Assembly (NCBI RefSeq): GCF_016127575.1 | Contig: NZ_CP066018.1 | Location: 3,090,001-3,122,000, forward strand | Length of the DNA stretch: 32,000 nucleotides | Source of the DNA: Cupriavidus necator | GTDB lineage: Bacteria > Pseudomonadota > Gammaproteobacteria > Burkholderiales > Burkholderiaceae | Direction of reading: 5' to 3' | Part shown: positions 15,696 to 26,181 of the stretch, in pieces | Layout of the letters: every line of letters begins with the position of its first letter | Position numbering within the stretch: the first letter of the stretch is position 1 | Program-made: the position numbers and the translations under genes | Notes under the pieces: model-generated | What the model was told of the DNA's origin: nothing | Databases searched by the model: none | What the model saw: the letters and a program-made list of their open reading frames with translations, nothing else

Positions 15696-17141
15696 ATGAA
15701 ATACCAGTCGACCCGCGGCCATGAGATGCCGCAATCGTTTTCCGAGATCCTGCTGGGCGGCCTGGCGCCGGACGGCGGGCTGTACCTGCCTACGCAGTAC
15801 CCGCAAGTCACCGCCGACGAACTGGAGGCCTGGCGCAAGCTGTCGTATGCCGACCTGGCCTACGAGATCCTGCGCAAGTTCTGCGACGATATTCCTGCCG
15901 AGGACCTGCGCGCGCTGACGCGCAAGACCTATACGCCCGAGGTGTACTGCAACGCGCGCGAGGGCGACAACACCGCCGACATCACGCCGCTGCGCACGCT
16001 CGGCGAGGAAGGTGGCACCAGGCTGCAACTGCTGGGCCTGTCCAACGGCCCGACGCTGGCCTTCAAGGACATGGCGATGCAGCTGCTCGGCAACCTGTTC
16101 GAGTACGCGCTGGGCCGCGCCGGGCAGGAGCTGAACATCCTGGGCGCGACTTCCGGCGATACCGGCAGCGCGGCAGAATACGCCATGCGCGGCAAGCGCG
16201 GCATCCGCGTGTTCATGCTGAGCCCGCACCGCAAGATGAGCGCGTTCCAGACCGCGCAGATGTTCAGCCTGCAGGACGCCAACATCTTCAACCTTGCCGT
16301 CGAAGGCGTGTTCGACGATTGCCAGGACATCGTCAAGGCGGTCTCCAACGACCTCGACTACAAGGCGCGCCAGAAGATCGGCACGGTCAACTCGATCAAC
16401 TGGGCACGCGTGGTGGCCCAGGTGGTGTACTACTTCAAGGGCTGGCTGCTGGCCACCAGCGGCCCCGGCCAGAAGGTGTCGTTCTGCGTGCCGTCGGGCA
16501 ACTTCGGCAACGTCTGCGCCGGCCATATCGCGCGCATGATGGGCCTGCCGATCGACAAGCTGGTAGTGGCCACCAACGAGAACGACGTGCTCGACGAGTT
16601 CTTCCGCACCGGTGCCTACCGCGTGCGCAAGTCGGCCGAGACGTACCACACCTCGAGCCCGAGCATGGATATTTCCAAGGCCTCGAACTTCGAGCGCTTC
16701 GTGTTCGACCTGCTCGGCCAGGACGCCGGCAAGCTGGTGGTGCTGTTCCGCGACGTGGAAGAGAAGGGCGGCTTCGACCTGTCGGGCACGCCGGAATTCG
16801 ACCGCATCCGCGAGTTCGGCTTTGTCTCGGGCCGCAGCACGCACGACGACCGCGTAGCGACCATCCGCGACCTGTCTTCGCGCTACGGCATCACCATCGA
16901 TACCCACACCGCCGATGGCGTCAAGGTGGCGCGCGAGCATCTCAGCGCCGGCGTGCCGATGGTGGTGCTGGAAACCGCGCTGCCGGCCAAGTTTGCCGAC
17001 ACTATCCGCGAAGCGCTCGGCCACGAGCCGGAGCGCCCCGCAAAGTTCGAGGGCATCGAGAGCCTGCCGCAGCGCTTTGAAGTGATGCCGGCCGACGCCG
17101 CACAGGTCAAGGCCTATATCGCCGGCCACACCGGCCTGTAA
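15696..17141 (+). CDS. thrC: Threonine synthase (long form)
   Basis: 481 aa. MKYQSTRG start. PLP-lysine motif NGPTLAFKDMAMQ. Located directly after hom. Confidence 0.95.
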   Translation: MKYQSTRGHEMPQSFSEILLGGLAPDGGLYLPTQYPQVTADELEAWRKLSYADLAYEILRKFCDDIPAEDLRALTRKTYTPEVYCNAREGDNTADITPLRTLGEEGGTRLQLLGLSNGPTLAFKDMAMQLLGNLFEYALGRAGQELNILGATSGDTGSAAEYAMRGKRGIRVFMLSPHRKMSAFQTAQMFSLQDANIFNLAVEGVFDDCQDIVKAVSNDLDYKARQKIGTVNSINWARVVAQVVYYFKGWLLATSGPGQKVSFCVPSGNFGNVCAGHIARMMGLPIDKLVVATNENDVLDEFFRTGAYRVRKSAETYHTSSPSMDISKASNFERFVFDLLGQDAGKLVVLFRDVEEKGGFDLSGTPEFDRIREFGFVSGRSTHDDRVATIRDLSSRYGITIDTHTADGVKVAREHLSAGVPMVVLETALPAKFADTIREALGHEPERPAKFEGIESLPQRFEVMPADAAQVKAYIAGHTGL

Positions 17142-17313
17142 GCGCGCGGGCGCGTGCAGCCCGCTGCGGCGCTGCCGCATGCCGGGCCCGCGCCAACTCG
17201 CTACAATCAGGCTGCGGGCCCGATCTTCGGCCCCCGGATTGCCTGCCCCAACCAAGTGGTGCCGGCAATGCGCGGGCCGTTTTTCGTGGGCCAACACTTT
17301 CCCACATCGCACC

Positions 17314-18552
17314 ATGACCCAAGCCGCAGCACCTTCCCGCCCCCCGATGCTGACCATGGCCCAGGCGCTCGACGCGCTGCTCGGCGCCGCCCGTCCGCTG
17401 GCGCAGCTTGAATCCATCGACACGCTCCACGCCAACGGCCGCGTGCTGGCCGCGCCCGTGACCAGCACGCTGCGCGTGCCGCCGGCAGACAATACCTCGA
17501 TGGACGGCTACGCCATGCGCGCGGGCGATGTGCCCGCTGCCGGCACGCGGCTGCGCGTGTCGCAACGGATTCCCGCCGGCCATGTCGGCACCGCGCTGGA
17601 ACCCGGCACCGCCGCGCGCATCTTCACCGGCGGGCTGATCCCGCCGGGCGCCGACGCCGTGGTGATGCAGGAGCAATGCACCGCCGAGGGCGAGGACGTG
17701 ATCGTCAACCACGTGCCGCAATCCGGTGAATGGGTGCGGCGCGCGGGCGAGGATATCGAGGCCGGCAGCGTGATCCTGCCGGCCGGCACGCGGCTGACGC
17801 CGCAGGCGCTGGGGCTGGCCGCATCGGTCGGCCAGGCGAAGCTGGACGTGGTGCGGCGCGTGCGCGTCGCCGTGTTCTTCACCGGCGATGAACTGGCGAT
17901 GCCGGGCGAGCCGCTCAAGCCAGGCGCCATCTACAACTCCAACCGCTTCACGCTGCGCGGCCTGCTGGAAAACCTGGGCTGCGAGGTCAGCGACTTCGGC
18001 ATCGTTCCCGACACGCTGGCCGCTACGCGCGAGACGCTGCGCCGCGCGGCGCAGGGACACGACCTGATCATCACCTCGGGCGGCGTTTCGGTCGGCGAGG
18101 AAGACCATATCAAGCCCGCGGTCGAGGCCGAGGGGCGGCTCGACATGTGGCAGATCGCGATCAAGCCGGGCAAGCCGCTGGCGTTCGGGCAGGTCAACAA
18201 CGATGCCGGGCCGGCGTTCTTCCTGGGTTTGCCGGGCAACCCGGTGTCCAGCTTCGTGACCTTCCTGCTGTTCGTGCGCCCGTTCATCCTGCGCCTGCAG
18301 GGCGTGGCCGGCGTGACGCCGCGGCGCCTGCCGCTGCGCGCGGACTTCGAACTGAACAAGGGCGACCGCCGCAATGAGTTCCTGCGCGCGCGCATCAATG
18401 CCGAGGGCGGCCTGGACCTGTTCCCCAACCAGAGCTCGGGCGTGCTGACCTCCACCGTCTGGGGCGACGGCCTGATCGACAATCCGCCCAACCAGCCGAT
18501 CGCGCGCGGCGATACCGTGCAGTTCATTCCGTTTGACGGCCTGCTCGCATAG
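17314..18552 (+). CDS. moeA: Molybdopterin molybdenumtransferase MoeA
   Basis: MoeA-like sequence (...PADNTSMDGYAMR..., SGGVSVGEEDH, GLPGNPVS). The start is taken at ATG 17314. ATG 17347 (MLTMAQAL) is an alternative. Confidence 0.9.
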   Translation: MTQAAAPSRPPMLTMAQALDALLGAARPLAQLESIDTLHANGRVLAAPVTSTLRVPPADNTSMDGYAMRAGDVPAAGTRLRVSQRIPAGHVGTALEPGTAARIFTGGLIPPGADAVVMQEQCTAEGEDVIVNHVPQSGEWVRRAGEDIEAGSVILPAGTRLTPQALGLAASVGQAKLDVVRRVRVAVFFTGDELAMPGEPLKPGAIYNSNRFTLRGLLENLGCEVSDFGIVPDTLAATRETLRRAAQGHDLIITSGGVSVGEEDHIKPAVEAEGRLDMWQIAIKPGKPLAFGQVNNDAGPAFFLGLPGNPVSSFVTFLLFVRPFILRLQGVAGVTPRRLPLRADFELNKGDRRNEFLRARINAEGGLDLFPNQSSGVLTSTVWGDGLIDNPPNQPIARGDTVQFIPFDGLLA

Positions 18553-18584
18553 CCGGCCAGCGTTACCAGGACACAGAAGCTGTG

Positions 18585-18842
18585 ATGACCATCGAACTCC
18601 GATTCTTTGCCAGCGTGCGCGAGCAGCTGGGCGTGGCTGAAGAGCGCGCCGAGGTGCCGGCCGACGTGCGCACCGTGGGCGAACTGCGCCACTGGCTGAT
18701 TCAGCGCGGCGGCCCCTGGGCCGAAGCTCTGGCCGAAGGCCGCGCGCTGCGCATGGCCGTCGACCATGCGGTGGCGCGCCCCGATACGGCGATTGCCGAC
18801 GGCTGCGAAGTCGCCTTTTTCCCACCAGTGACCGGAGGCTGA
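18585..18842 (+). CDS. moaD: Molybdopterin synthase sulfur-carrier subunit MoaD
   Basis: 85 aa ubiquitin-like protein ending in FFPPVTGG (C-terminal Gly-Gly). Lies between moeA and moaE. Confidence 0.92.
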   Translation: MTIELRFFASVREQLGVAEERAEVPADVRTVGELRHWLIQRGGPWAEALAEGRALRMAVDHAVARPDTAIADGCEVAFFPPVTGG

Positions 18843-18843
18843 G

Positions 18844-19362
18844 ATGAGCGTCAGGGTGCAGCGTGAGGATTTCGATCTCGGCGCGGAAGTCGCTGCGCTG
18901 CGTGCCGGCAATCCGGCGGTCGGCGCGGTGGCCAGCTTTATCGGCACGGTGCGCGATGTCAGCGACGGCAGCGCGGTCAGCGCGATGGAGCTTGAGCACT
19001 ATCCGGGTATGACCGAGAAGGCGCTGGCGCAGATCGAAGCGGCTGCGTGCGCGCGCTGGGCGCTGCTGGGCGTGACCATCATCCACCGCGTCGGGCCGAT
19101 GCAGCCGCTGGACCAGATCGTGATGGTCGCGGTGGCGTCGGCGCATCGCGGCAATGCCTTTGCCGCGTGCGAGTTCATCATGGACTACCTCAAGTCCGAA
19201 GCGCCGTTCTGGAAGAAGGAAGACACCCCGGAAGGGGCGCGCTGGGTCGACGCCCGCGTGACCGACGAAGCCGCCCTCCAGCGCTGGGGGATCGCATCGT
19301 TCAATGCCAGCGGCGACGATGCTGGCGCACCACCGGAGAAGCAGGGCGGGAGCCAGCCCTGA
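18844..19362 (+). CDS. moaE: Molybdopterin synthase catalytic subunit MoaE
   Basis: 172 aa. Contains GAVASFIGTVRD...LEHYPGMTEKAL...AHRGNAFAACEFIMDYLKSEAPFWKKE. GGAGG RBS overlaps the end of moaD. Confidence 0.92.
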   Translation: MSVRVQREDFDLGAEVAALRAGNPAVGAVASFIGTVRDVSDGSAVSAMELEHYPGMTEKALAQIEAAACARWALLGVTIIHRVGPMQPLDQIVMVAVASAHRGNAFAACEFIMDYLKSEAPFWKKEDTPEGARWVDARVTDEAALQRWGIASFNASGDDAGAPPEKQGGSQP

Positions 19363-19742
19363 TGGGGCCGCTCGGCTTTGTCGCCGTGGGCGTAGGCGCC
19401 GCGGCGGGTGCGTGGCTGCGCTGGGGCTTTGCGGTGCTGTGGAACGCGATCAATCCCGCGCTGCCCTATGGCACGCTGGCGGCCAACCTGCTGGGCGGCT
19501 ACCTGGTCGGCCTGGCGGTCGGGTTCTTCGATACGCACGCGGGCCTGCCGCCGGAATGGCGCCTGCTGGCCATCACCGGCTTCCTTGGCGGGCTGACCAC
19601 GTTCTCGACCTTCTCCAGCGAGGTGGTGGCGAACCTGATTGCCGGCGACTATGGCTGGGCGGGGCTGCACCTGCTGCTGCACCTGGGCGGCTCACTGCTG
19701 CTGACCGCGTTCGGCCTCTGGACTTACCGCCTGCTGGCCTGA
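19362..19742 (+). CDS. crcB: Fluoride ion channel CrcB/FluC
   Basis: 126 aa, four TM segments. Contains GVGAAAGAWLRW and GFLGGLTTFSTFS motifs. The ATG shares its A with the moaE TGA (TGATG). Confidence 0.9.
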   Translation: MGPLGFVAVGVGAAAGAWLRWGFAVLWNAINPALPYGTLAANLLGGYLVGLAVGFFDTHAGLPPEWRLLAITGFLGGLTTFSTFSSEVVANLIAGDYGWAGLHLLLHLGGSLLLTAFGLWTYRLLA

Positions 19743-20690
19743 CGCGGCCCGGGCGATCAGGCCCAGCAGCGCGGCATTGAATGCCTGCGGCTGCTCCATG
19801 TGCGGGCTGTGGCCGGCGCCGGCCACCACGCTGAATCCCGCTCCGGGCCGCAGTGCGAGCGTAGCGGTGCCCACCGCGGGCGCATAGAGCCGGCTGGCTT
19901 CCCCGTACAAGTGGAACAGCGGCAGCCCGGCACCGCGCAATGTCTCCCGGAAATCCTGGCGCGCCATGTCTTCCCATAAAGCGGCAAGCGCCCACGCATC
20001 GCACTGGCCCGCCATGTGCGCGATGCGCTGCATTGCGGCGTCTTCCGGGCGCCTTCCCGCCGACCACATTCCCAGCGCGACTGACGGCGCCAGCCGGGTC
20101 CAGTCGGCCCGGATACGGGCCGCCATCTGCGCGGCGTGCGCAATCTCATAGTGGCCGTGCAGGCCATGCGGCCAGGCCGCATCGGTCACCAGCCTCGGTG
20201 TCATGTCGATGCTGCCGACCGCTGCCAGCGGAAGACCCGGATGGTCGCGCAGCAGCGCCCATGCCACCATCGCCCCCATCGACCAGCCAGCCACCACCAC
20301 GTCTGTCAGCCCGAGGTGTGCAACCAGTCCGGCGACGTCGCGTGCCAGCGCCGTGATCGTGGTGCCGTCGCGCTCGCGCGACAGGCCGTGGCCGGCATGG
20401 TCGGGCGCGATCACGCGGAATCCCGCCAGTGCGAGCGCCCGCTGGCCGTCGAAGGCCTCGCCGGTGACGGACCAGCCGTGCAGCAACAGCAGCGGCCGTC
20501 CCTGGCCGGTTTCGCGCCAGCCTGGCAAGGCGCCGCGTGCCGGGTGGCTGGCGAACGGCGGCGAAGCGGGGCCGGCAGGTGCCGAATCGGGAGCGTCCAA
20601 CGACGGTTCTCTCCTGGCAGGAGGGTAAAGGGCAGCGGCCTGGATGCCACCGGGTGAGGGTGCCTCTCTATTGACATCCACGGTGGGCAA
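19692..20690 (-). CDS. Alpha/beta-fold hydrolase (esterase/lipase-type), substrate unknown
   Basis: PLLLLHGW oxyanion region, nucleophile elbow GWSMG, and C-terminal GAGHSPHMEQP (His). The ORF-track start at 20690 is a TTG. The ~60-aa Pro/Ala-rich N-terminus may be over-extended. The 3' end overlaps crcB by 51 nt (convergent). Confidence 0.75.
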   Translation of the reverse strand: MPTVDVNREAPSPGGIQAAALYPPARREPSLDAPDSAPAGPASPPFASHPARGALPGWRETGQGRPLLLLHGWSVTGEAFDGQRALALAGFRVIAPDHAGHGLSRERDGTTITALARDVAGLVAHLGLTDVVVAGWSMGAMVAWALLRDHPGLPLAAVGSIDMTPRLVTDAAWPHGLHGHYEIAHAAQMAARIRADWTRLAPSVALGMWSAGRRPEDAAMQRIAHMAGQCDAWALAALWEDMARQDFRETLRGAGLPLFHLYGEASRLYAPAVGTATLALRPGAGFSVVAGAGHSPHMEQPQAFNAALLGLIARAASGQQAVSPEAERGQQQ

Positions 20691-20699
20691 TTTATACGA

Positions 20700-20713
20700 T
20701 GAAACATGAATCA
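20700..20713. promoter_or_regulatory. Imperfect palindrome TGAaaCATGaaTCA in the hydrolase/TetR divergent region (operator candidate)
   Basis: 10 of 14 positions are self-complementary (TGA-N2-CATG-N2-TCA). It sits in the only A/T-rich patch of the 151-bp divergent spacer. Confidence 0.25.
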
Positions 20714-20744
20714 GCTATCAGGTTTTGCCTGAGTGGCGATTCCC

Positions 20745-20781
20745 GGCGCAGGCAGGCGCGGAGGAGGCACCTGCCTGCGCC
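20745..20781. promoter_or_regulatory. 12-bp perfect inverted repeat GGCGCAGGCAGG-N13-CCTGCCTGCGCC upstream of the TetR gene
   Basis: Read directly, 61 nt upstream of the TetR ATG. It could be an operator or a leader hairpin. Confidence 0.3.
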
Positions 20782-20841
20782 GGCATGACATGAAGCGGCT
20801 GGCATTCCAATGACAAGGCGCGCAGCGCCACCGGAGACAAG

Positions 20842-21495
20842 ATGTCCCAGACCGACACGGGCGCACCGCCCGAAACCGGCGCAACCCGCGAACCCGGCCA
20901 TGCCGGCGGCATCTGCCCGCCCAAGACCGCGCGCGGGCAGAAGACGCGCGAGGCGCTGCTGCGCGCGGCCGAGAAGGTGTTCGGTGAGAAAGGCTATTAC
21001 GCCGCGTCGATCTCCGAGATCACGCAGGAAGCCAAGGTTGCGATGGGCACTTTCTACCTGTATTTCAAGGACAAGGAGGACATCTTCCGCGCGCTGGTCG
21101 CGCACATGCTGGAACTGGTGCGCGCCCACCTGCGCAAGCACGTTGCCGCCGCGGCCACCCAGATGGAAGCCGAGCGCCTGGGCCTGAAGGCATTTCTCTC
21201 TTTCGTTTCGCGCCACAAGAACCTGTACCGGATCGTGCTGGATTCGTACTCGGTGGACGAGACCATCTACAGCAGCTATTTCCAGGTGTTTGCCGAGCTC
21301 TACAGCCGGCGCCTGACGCGCGCCGAGGAGCAGGGCGAGATCGTGCCCGGCGATGCCGAGGTGCGCGCCTGGTGCCTGATCGGCATCAGCAACTTCCTGG
21401 GCATGCGCTATGCGCGCTGGAAGCGCCCGCCTTCGATGGAGAAGGTGGTCGACACCGCCTTCGACCTGATCTCGCACGGCCTGCAGCCGCGATGA
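20842..21495 (+). CDS. TetR/AcrR family transcriptional regulator
   Basis: 217 aa. HTH region TREALLRAAEKVFGEKGYYAASISEITQEAKVAMGTFYLYFKDKEDIF. GGAGA RBS upstream. Confidence 0.92.
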   Translation: MSQTDTGAPPETGATREPGHAGGICPPKTARGQKTREALLRAAEKVFGEKGYYAASISEITQEAKVAMGTFYLYFKDKEDIFRALVAHMLELVRAHLRKHVAAAATQMEAERLGLKAFLSFVSRHKNLYRIVLDSYSVDETIYSSYFQVFAELYSRRLTRAEEQGEIVPGDAEVRAWCLIGISNFLGMRYARWKRPPSMEKVVDTAFDLISHGLQPR

Positions 21496-22277
21496 ACGCT
21501 GACGCAGAACCCCTGGTGCAGTGGGAGCGCGCCGTCGATGGCGTGGCGCTGCTGCGCCTGAACCGGCCGCAGCGGCACAACAGCCTGGTGCCCGAGTTGC
21601 TGGAAGCGCTGCTCGCCGCGCTGGACGAGATTGAAGCCGACCCGGCGATCCATGCCGTGGTGCTGACGCATGCCGGGAAAAATTTCTCCACCGGCGGCGA
21701 TGTCGCGGCATTCGCTGCGCAGGGCGACGCGATAGCCAGCTACGCCGACCGGCTGCTGGCACTGCTGAACCGTTCGATCCTGCGCCTGGCAGCGCTGCGC
21801 TGCCCGGTGGTGGCGGCCGTGGAGGGCTGGCTGACGGGCGGCTCGCTGGGTTTGGTGCTGGCGTGCGACATGGCGGTGCTGGCGCGGGATGCGCGCATCG
21901 CGCCGTACTACACGGTGGTTGGCTTCAGCCCGGACGGCGGCTGGACCGCGATGCTGCCGCAGCTGGTCGGCACGCCGCGGGCGCGCGCGTGGCAGCTGAA
22001 CAATGCGATCGTCGCCGCGCCGGAGGCAGAGGCACTTGGCCTGGCCACCGCGCTGGCCGCACCGGGTTCGGCCGAGGCCGATGCCGCGACGCTGGCGCGC
22101 GGCGTCATGCGCAAGGTGCCGGGCAGCGTGGCCCGCACGCGCGCGCTGTTGCGCTGGGACGCCGACACCCTGGCGGCCGGCCTTGAGCGGGAGCGCGCGG
22201 CCTTTGTCGCACAGATCGCCAGTGCCGAGACCGCCGACGGCATGCGGCGCTTCCTGGCAGGGCGCGCGCGCGAATAG
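21492..22277 (+). CDS. Enoyl-CoA hydratase/isomerase family protein (crotonase fold)
   Basis: 261 aa. Contains LLRLNRPQRHNSL...VVLTHAGKNFSTGGDV...AAVEGWLTGGSLGL. The ATG overlaps the TetR stop (ATGA at 21492-21495). Confidence 0.88.
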   Translation: MNADAEPLVQWERAVDGVALLRLNRPQRHNSLVPELLEALLAALDEIEADPAIHAVVLTHAGKNFSTGGDVAAFAAQGDAIASYADRLLALLNRSILRLAALRCPVVAAVEGWLTGGSLGLVLACDMAVLARDARIAPYYTVVGFSPDGGWTAMLPQLVGTPRARAWQLNNAIVAAPEAEALGLATALAAPGSAEADAATLARGVMRKVPGSVARTRALLRWDADTLAAGLERERAAFVAQIASAETADGMRRFLAGRARE

Positions 22278-22354
22278 TCTGTAGAGCTTTCCCAGGCAGT
22301 TGCAGCAGGTTTCATCCAGACAAACACAAACGAGACCGAACACAGGAGACAGCA

Positions 22355-23541
22355 ATGCAACGCAACCCACTCGCCGTACGTGCCCTGGTCATGGCCGCCG
22401 GCCTGCTTGCCGCCGGCACCGCGCTGGCCAAGGACATCCGCATCGCGCACGTCTATGACAAGACCGGCGCGCTCGAAGCCTACGCCAAGCAGACCCAGAC
22501 CGGCCTGATGATGGGCCTGGAGTACGCCACCAACGGCACCATGACCGTCAACGGCAACAAGCTGGTGGTGATCGAGAAAGACACCCAGGGCAAGCCGGAC
22601 GTGGCCAAGGCCCAGCTGGCCGCCGCCTACAGCGACGACCGCGCCGATATCGCGGTCGGCCCCACCTCTTCCGGCACCGCGCTGGCGATGCTGCCGGTGG
22701 CAGAGGAATACAAGAAGGTGCTGCTGGTCGAACCCGCGGTGGCCGACTCGATCACCGGCGACAAGTGGAACCGCTATATCTTCCGCACCGGCCGCAATTC
22801 GTCGCAGGACGCAATCTCCAACGCCGTGGCGCTGGACAAGCCGGGCGTGCAGATCGCCACGCTGGCGCAGGACTACGCTTTTGGCCGCGACGGCGTCAAG
22901 GCCTTCAAGGGCGCGCTGAAGAACGCCAGGATCGTGCACGAGGAATATCTGCCGACCAGTACCACGGACTTCACCGCAGGCGCGCAGCGGCTGTTTGATT
23001 CGCTCAAGGACAAGCCAGGCCGCAAGGTGATCTTCATTATCTGGGCCGGTGCCGGCAACCCGTTCAAGATCGCGGATCTGGATCCCAGGCGCTACGGCAT
23101 CGAGATTGCCACCGGCGGCAACATCCTGCCGGCGATGGCCAGCTACAAGAACTTCCCGGGCATGGAAGGGGCCACGTACTACTACTTCGGCATCCCCAAG
23201 AACAAGGCCAATGAGTGGCTGGTGTCCAACCACTACAGCAAGTTCAAGGCGCCGCCCGACTTCTTCACGGCCGGCGGCATGACCGCGGGCATCGCGCTGG
23301 TCGAGGCGCTGAAGAAGACCAGCGGCGAGACCGGCACCGAGAAGCTGATCACGGCGATGGAAGGCATGTCATTCGACACCCCCAAGGGCAAGATGACCTT
23401 CCGCAAGGAAGACCACCAGGCCATGCAGTCGATGTACCACTTCAAGATCAAGGTGGATCCGGCCTTCGCCTGGGGCGTGCCTGAGCTCGTGCGCGAGATC
23501 AAGCCCGAAGAGATGGCCGTGCCCGTGCGCAACCACCGCTG

Positions 23542-23542
<1 letters not shown>
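22355..23542 (+). CDS. ABC transporter periplasmic substrate-binding protein (Leu/Ile/Val-binding-protein family)
   Basis: 395 aa. Signal peptide MQRNPLAVRALVMAAGLLAAGTALA. Type-I periplasmic binding fold-like sequence. AGGAGA RBS upstream. Confidence 0.88.
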
Positions 23543-24388
<846 letters not shown>

Positions 24389-24396
<8 letters not shown>

Positions 24397-25129
24397 CGCA
24401 CAAGCAACCGGGCCGATCCTGCGGCTGCAGGGCGTGCAGACCCATATCGGCCCGTACCACATCCTGCACGGCGTGAGCTTCGAGGTGCCGCGTGGCGGCG
24501 TGACCATGCTGCTGGGGCGCAACGGTGCCGGCAAGACCACCACGCTGCGCACCATCATGGGCCTGTGGCAGGCCAGCGCGGGCACGGTGACCTTTGACGG
24601 CACCGACATCACGCGCCACAGCACGCCCGCGATCGCGCAGGCCGGCATTGCCTACGTGCCGGAGAACATGAGCGTGTTCTCCGACCTGACCGTGGCCGAG
24701 AACATGCGCCTGGCAGCGCGCACCGGCGCCATCGACGAGCGCCGGCTGGACTGGGTGTTCCGCATGTTCCCGGCGCTTAAGACCTTCTGGCAGCAGCGCG
24801 CCGGCGTGCTGTCGGGCGGGCAGAAGCAGATGCTGTCGGTGGCGCGCGCCATCATCGAGCCGCGCCAGCTGCTGATCGTCGACGAGCCCACCAAGGGCCT
24901 GGCGCCGGCCATCATCCAGAACATGATCCATGTGTTCCGCGAGCTCAAGCAGACCGAGGTGTCGATCCTGCTGGTGGAGCAGAACTTCCATATGGCGAAG
25001 TCGGTGGGGGATACGGTGGCGGTGATGGACGATGGGCGGACGGTGCACACGGGAACGATGGCGGCGCTGGCTGAAGACGAGTCTCTGCAGCAGAAGCTGC
25101 TGGGGCTGTCGCTGGCTGCGCACCAGTAA
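24389..25129 (+). CDS. ABC transporter ATP-binding protein (LivF-like)
   Basis: Walker A GRNGAGKTT, signature LSGGQKQML, Walker B LLIVDEPTKGL. 8-nt overlap with the preceding gene. Confidence 0.92.
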
Positions 25130-25144
25130 GGCGGGACAATACAC

Positions 25145-26170
25145 ATGACCACTTCAACGACTTTGCCGGCCGCCGCACCGTCGGACCTGCCCAAGGTGCG
25201 CCTCGACTGGACCCCGCTGGCGCTGGCGCCGCTGCTGATGCTGCTGGCCTATCCGCTGGTCGGCAGCCCGTCGACCTGGCTCACGCTGACCATTGCCGGC
25301 CTGGCGATGGGCATGATCATCTTCGTCGTCTCCTCCGGCCTGACGCTGGTGTTCGGCCTGATGGACGTGCTCAACTTCGGCCACGGCGCCTTTATCGCGC
25401 TGGGCGCCTACGTGGCGGCGTCGGTGCTGCTGCCGATGGCGGGCTGGGTCGAGGCCGACAGCCTGGCGCAGAACCTGGCCGTGTTTGCGCTGGCAATCGC
25501 GGCGGCCATGGTGGCCGCGGGCGCGGTCGGGCTGTTCTTCGAGCGCGTGGTGGTGCGCCCGGTCTACGGCCAGCACCTGAAGCAGATCCTGATCACGATG
25601 GGCGGCATGATCGTGGCCGAGCAGCTGATCAAGGCAATCTGGGGCCCCGAGACCATCGCGCTGCAGGTGCCCACCACTTTCCGCGGCGCGGTGCTGCTCG
25701 GCGATGCCGCCATCGAGAAATACCGGCTGATCGCGATGGCGCTGGGGCTGGTGATCTTTATCGCCATGCTGTTGCTGCTGAATCGCACCCGCATCGGCCT
25801 GCTGATCCGCGCCGGCGTGGAGAACCGCGAGATGGTCGAAGCGCTTGGCTACCGCGTGCGGCGCCTGTTTATCGGCGTGTTCGTCGCGGGTGCGGCGCTG
25901 GCGGGGCTGGGCGGGGTGCTGTGGGGGCTGTACCAGCAGAACATCACCGCGGCGATCGGTGCGCAGGTGAATGTGCTGATCTTTATCGTCATCATCATCG
26001 GCGGGCTGGGATCGACCACGGGCTGCTTTGTCGGTGCGCTGCTGGTGGGGCTGATGGCCAACTACACCGGTTTCCTGTTCCCAAAGGTGGCTCTGTTCTC
26101 CAACATCCTGCTGATGATGCTGGTGCTGCTGTGGCGCCCGCAGGGGCTGTTTCCGGTGGCGCGGCGCTGA
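25145..26170 (+). CDS. Branched-chain-amino-acid-type ABC permease (LivH-like)
   Basis: 341 aa polytopic membrane protein with GLMDVLNFGHGAF, typical of LivH-family permeases. Confidence 0.88.
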   Translation: MTTSTTLPAAAPSDLPKVRLDWTPLALAPLLMLLAYPLVGSPSTWLTLTIAGLAMGMIIFVVSSGLTLVFGLMDVLNFGHGAFIALGAYVAASVLLPMAGWVEADSLAQNLAVFALAIAAAMVAAGAVGLFFERVVVRPVYGQHLKQILITMGGMIVAEQLIKAIWGPETIALQVPTTFRGAVLLGDAAIEKYRLIAMALGLVIFIAMLLLLNRTRIGLLIRAGVENREMVEALGYRVRRLFIGVFVAGAALAGLGGVLWGLYQQNITAAIGAQVNVLIFIVIIIGGLGSTTGCFVGALLVGLMANYTGFLFPKVALFSNILLMMLVLLWRPQGLFPVARR

Positions 26171-26181
26171 GGGTAACGACC

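Noticed and set aside
17142-17313. Molybdenum-cofactor (Moco) riboswitch upstream of moeA
   Set aside because: I could not find the multi-stem architecture or conserved segments of the Moco motif by eye. Only short GC hairpins and a TACAAT hexamer are present. An Infernal scan would be needed, so this remains unproven rather than excluded.
15057-19146. Very long minus-strand ORFs (811 aa at 15057..17492 and 679 aa at 17107..19146), and similar ones at 20692..21762, 21908..23233, 23233..24648 and 24278..25144
   Set aside because: They are entirely antisense to confidently recognised genes (hom, thrC, moeA, moaDE, TetR, crotonase, ABC genes). Their translations are Arg/Ala/Gly/His/Pro-rich with no recognisable motifs. 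These are typical shadow ORFs of high-GC DNA.
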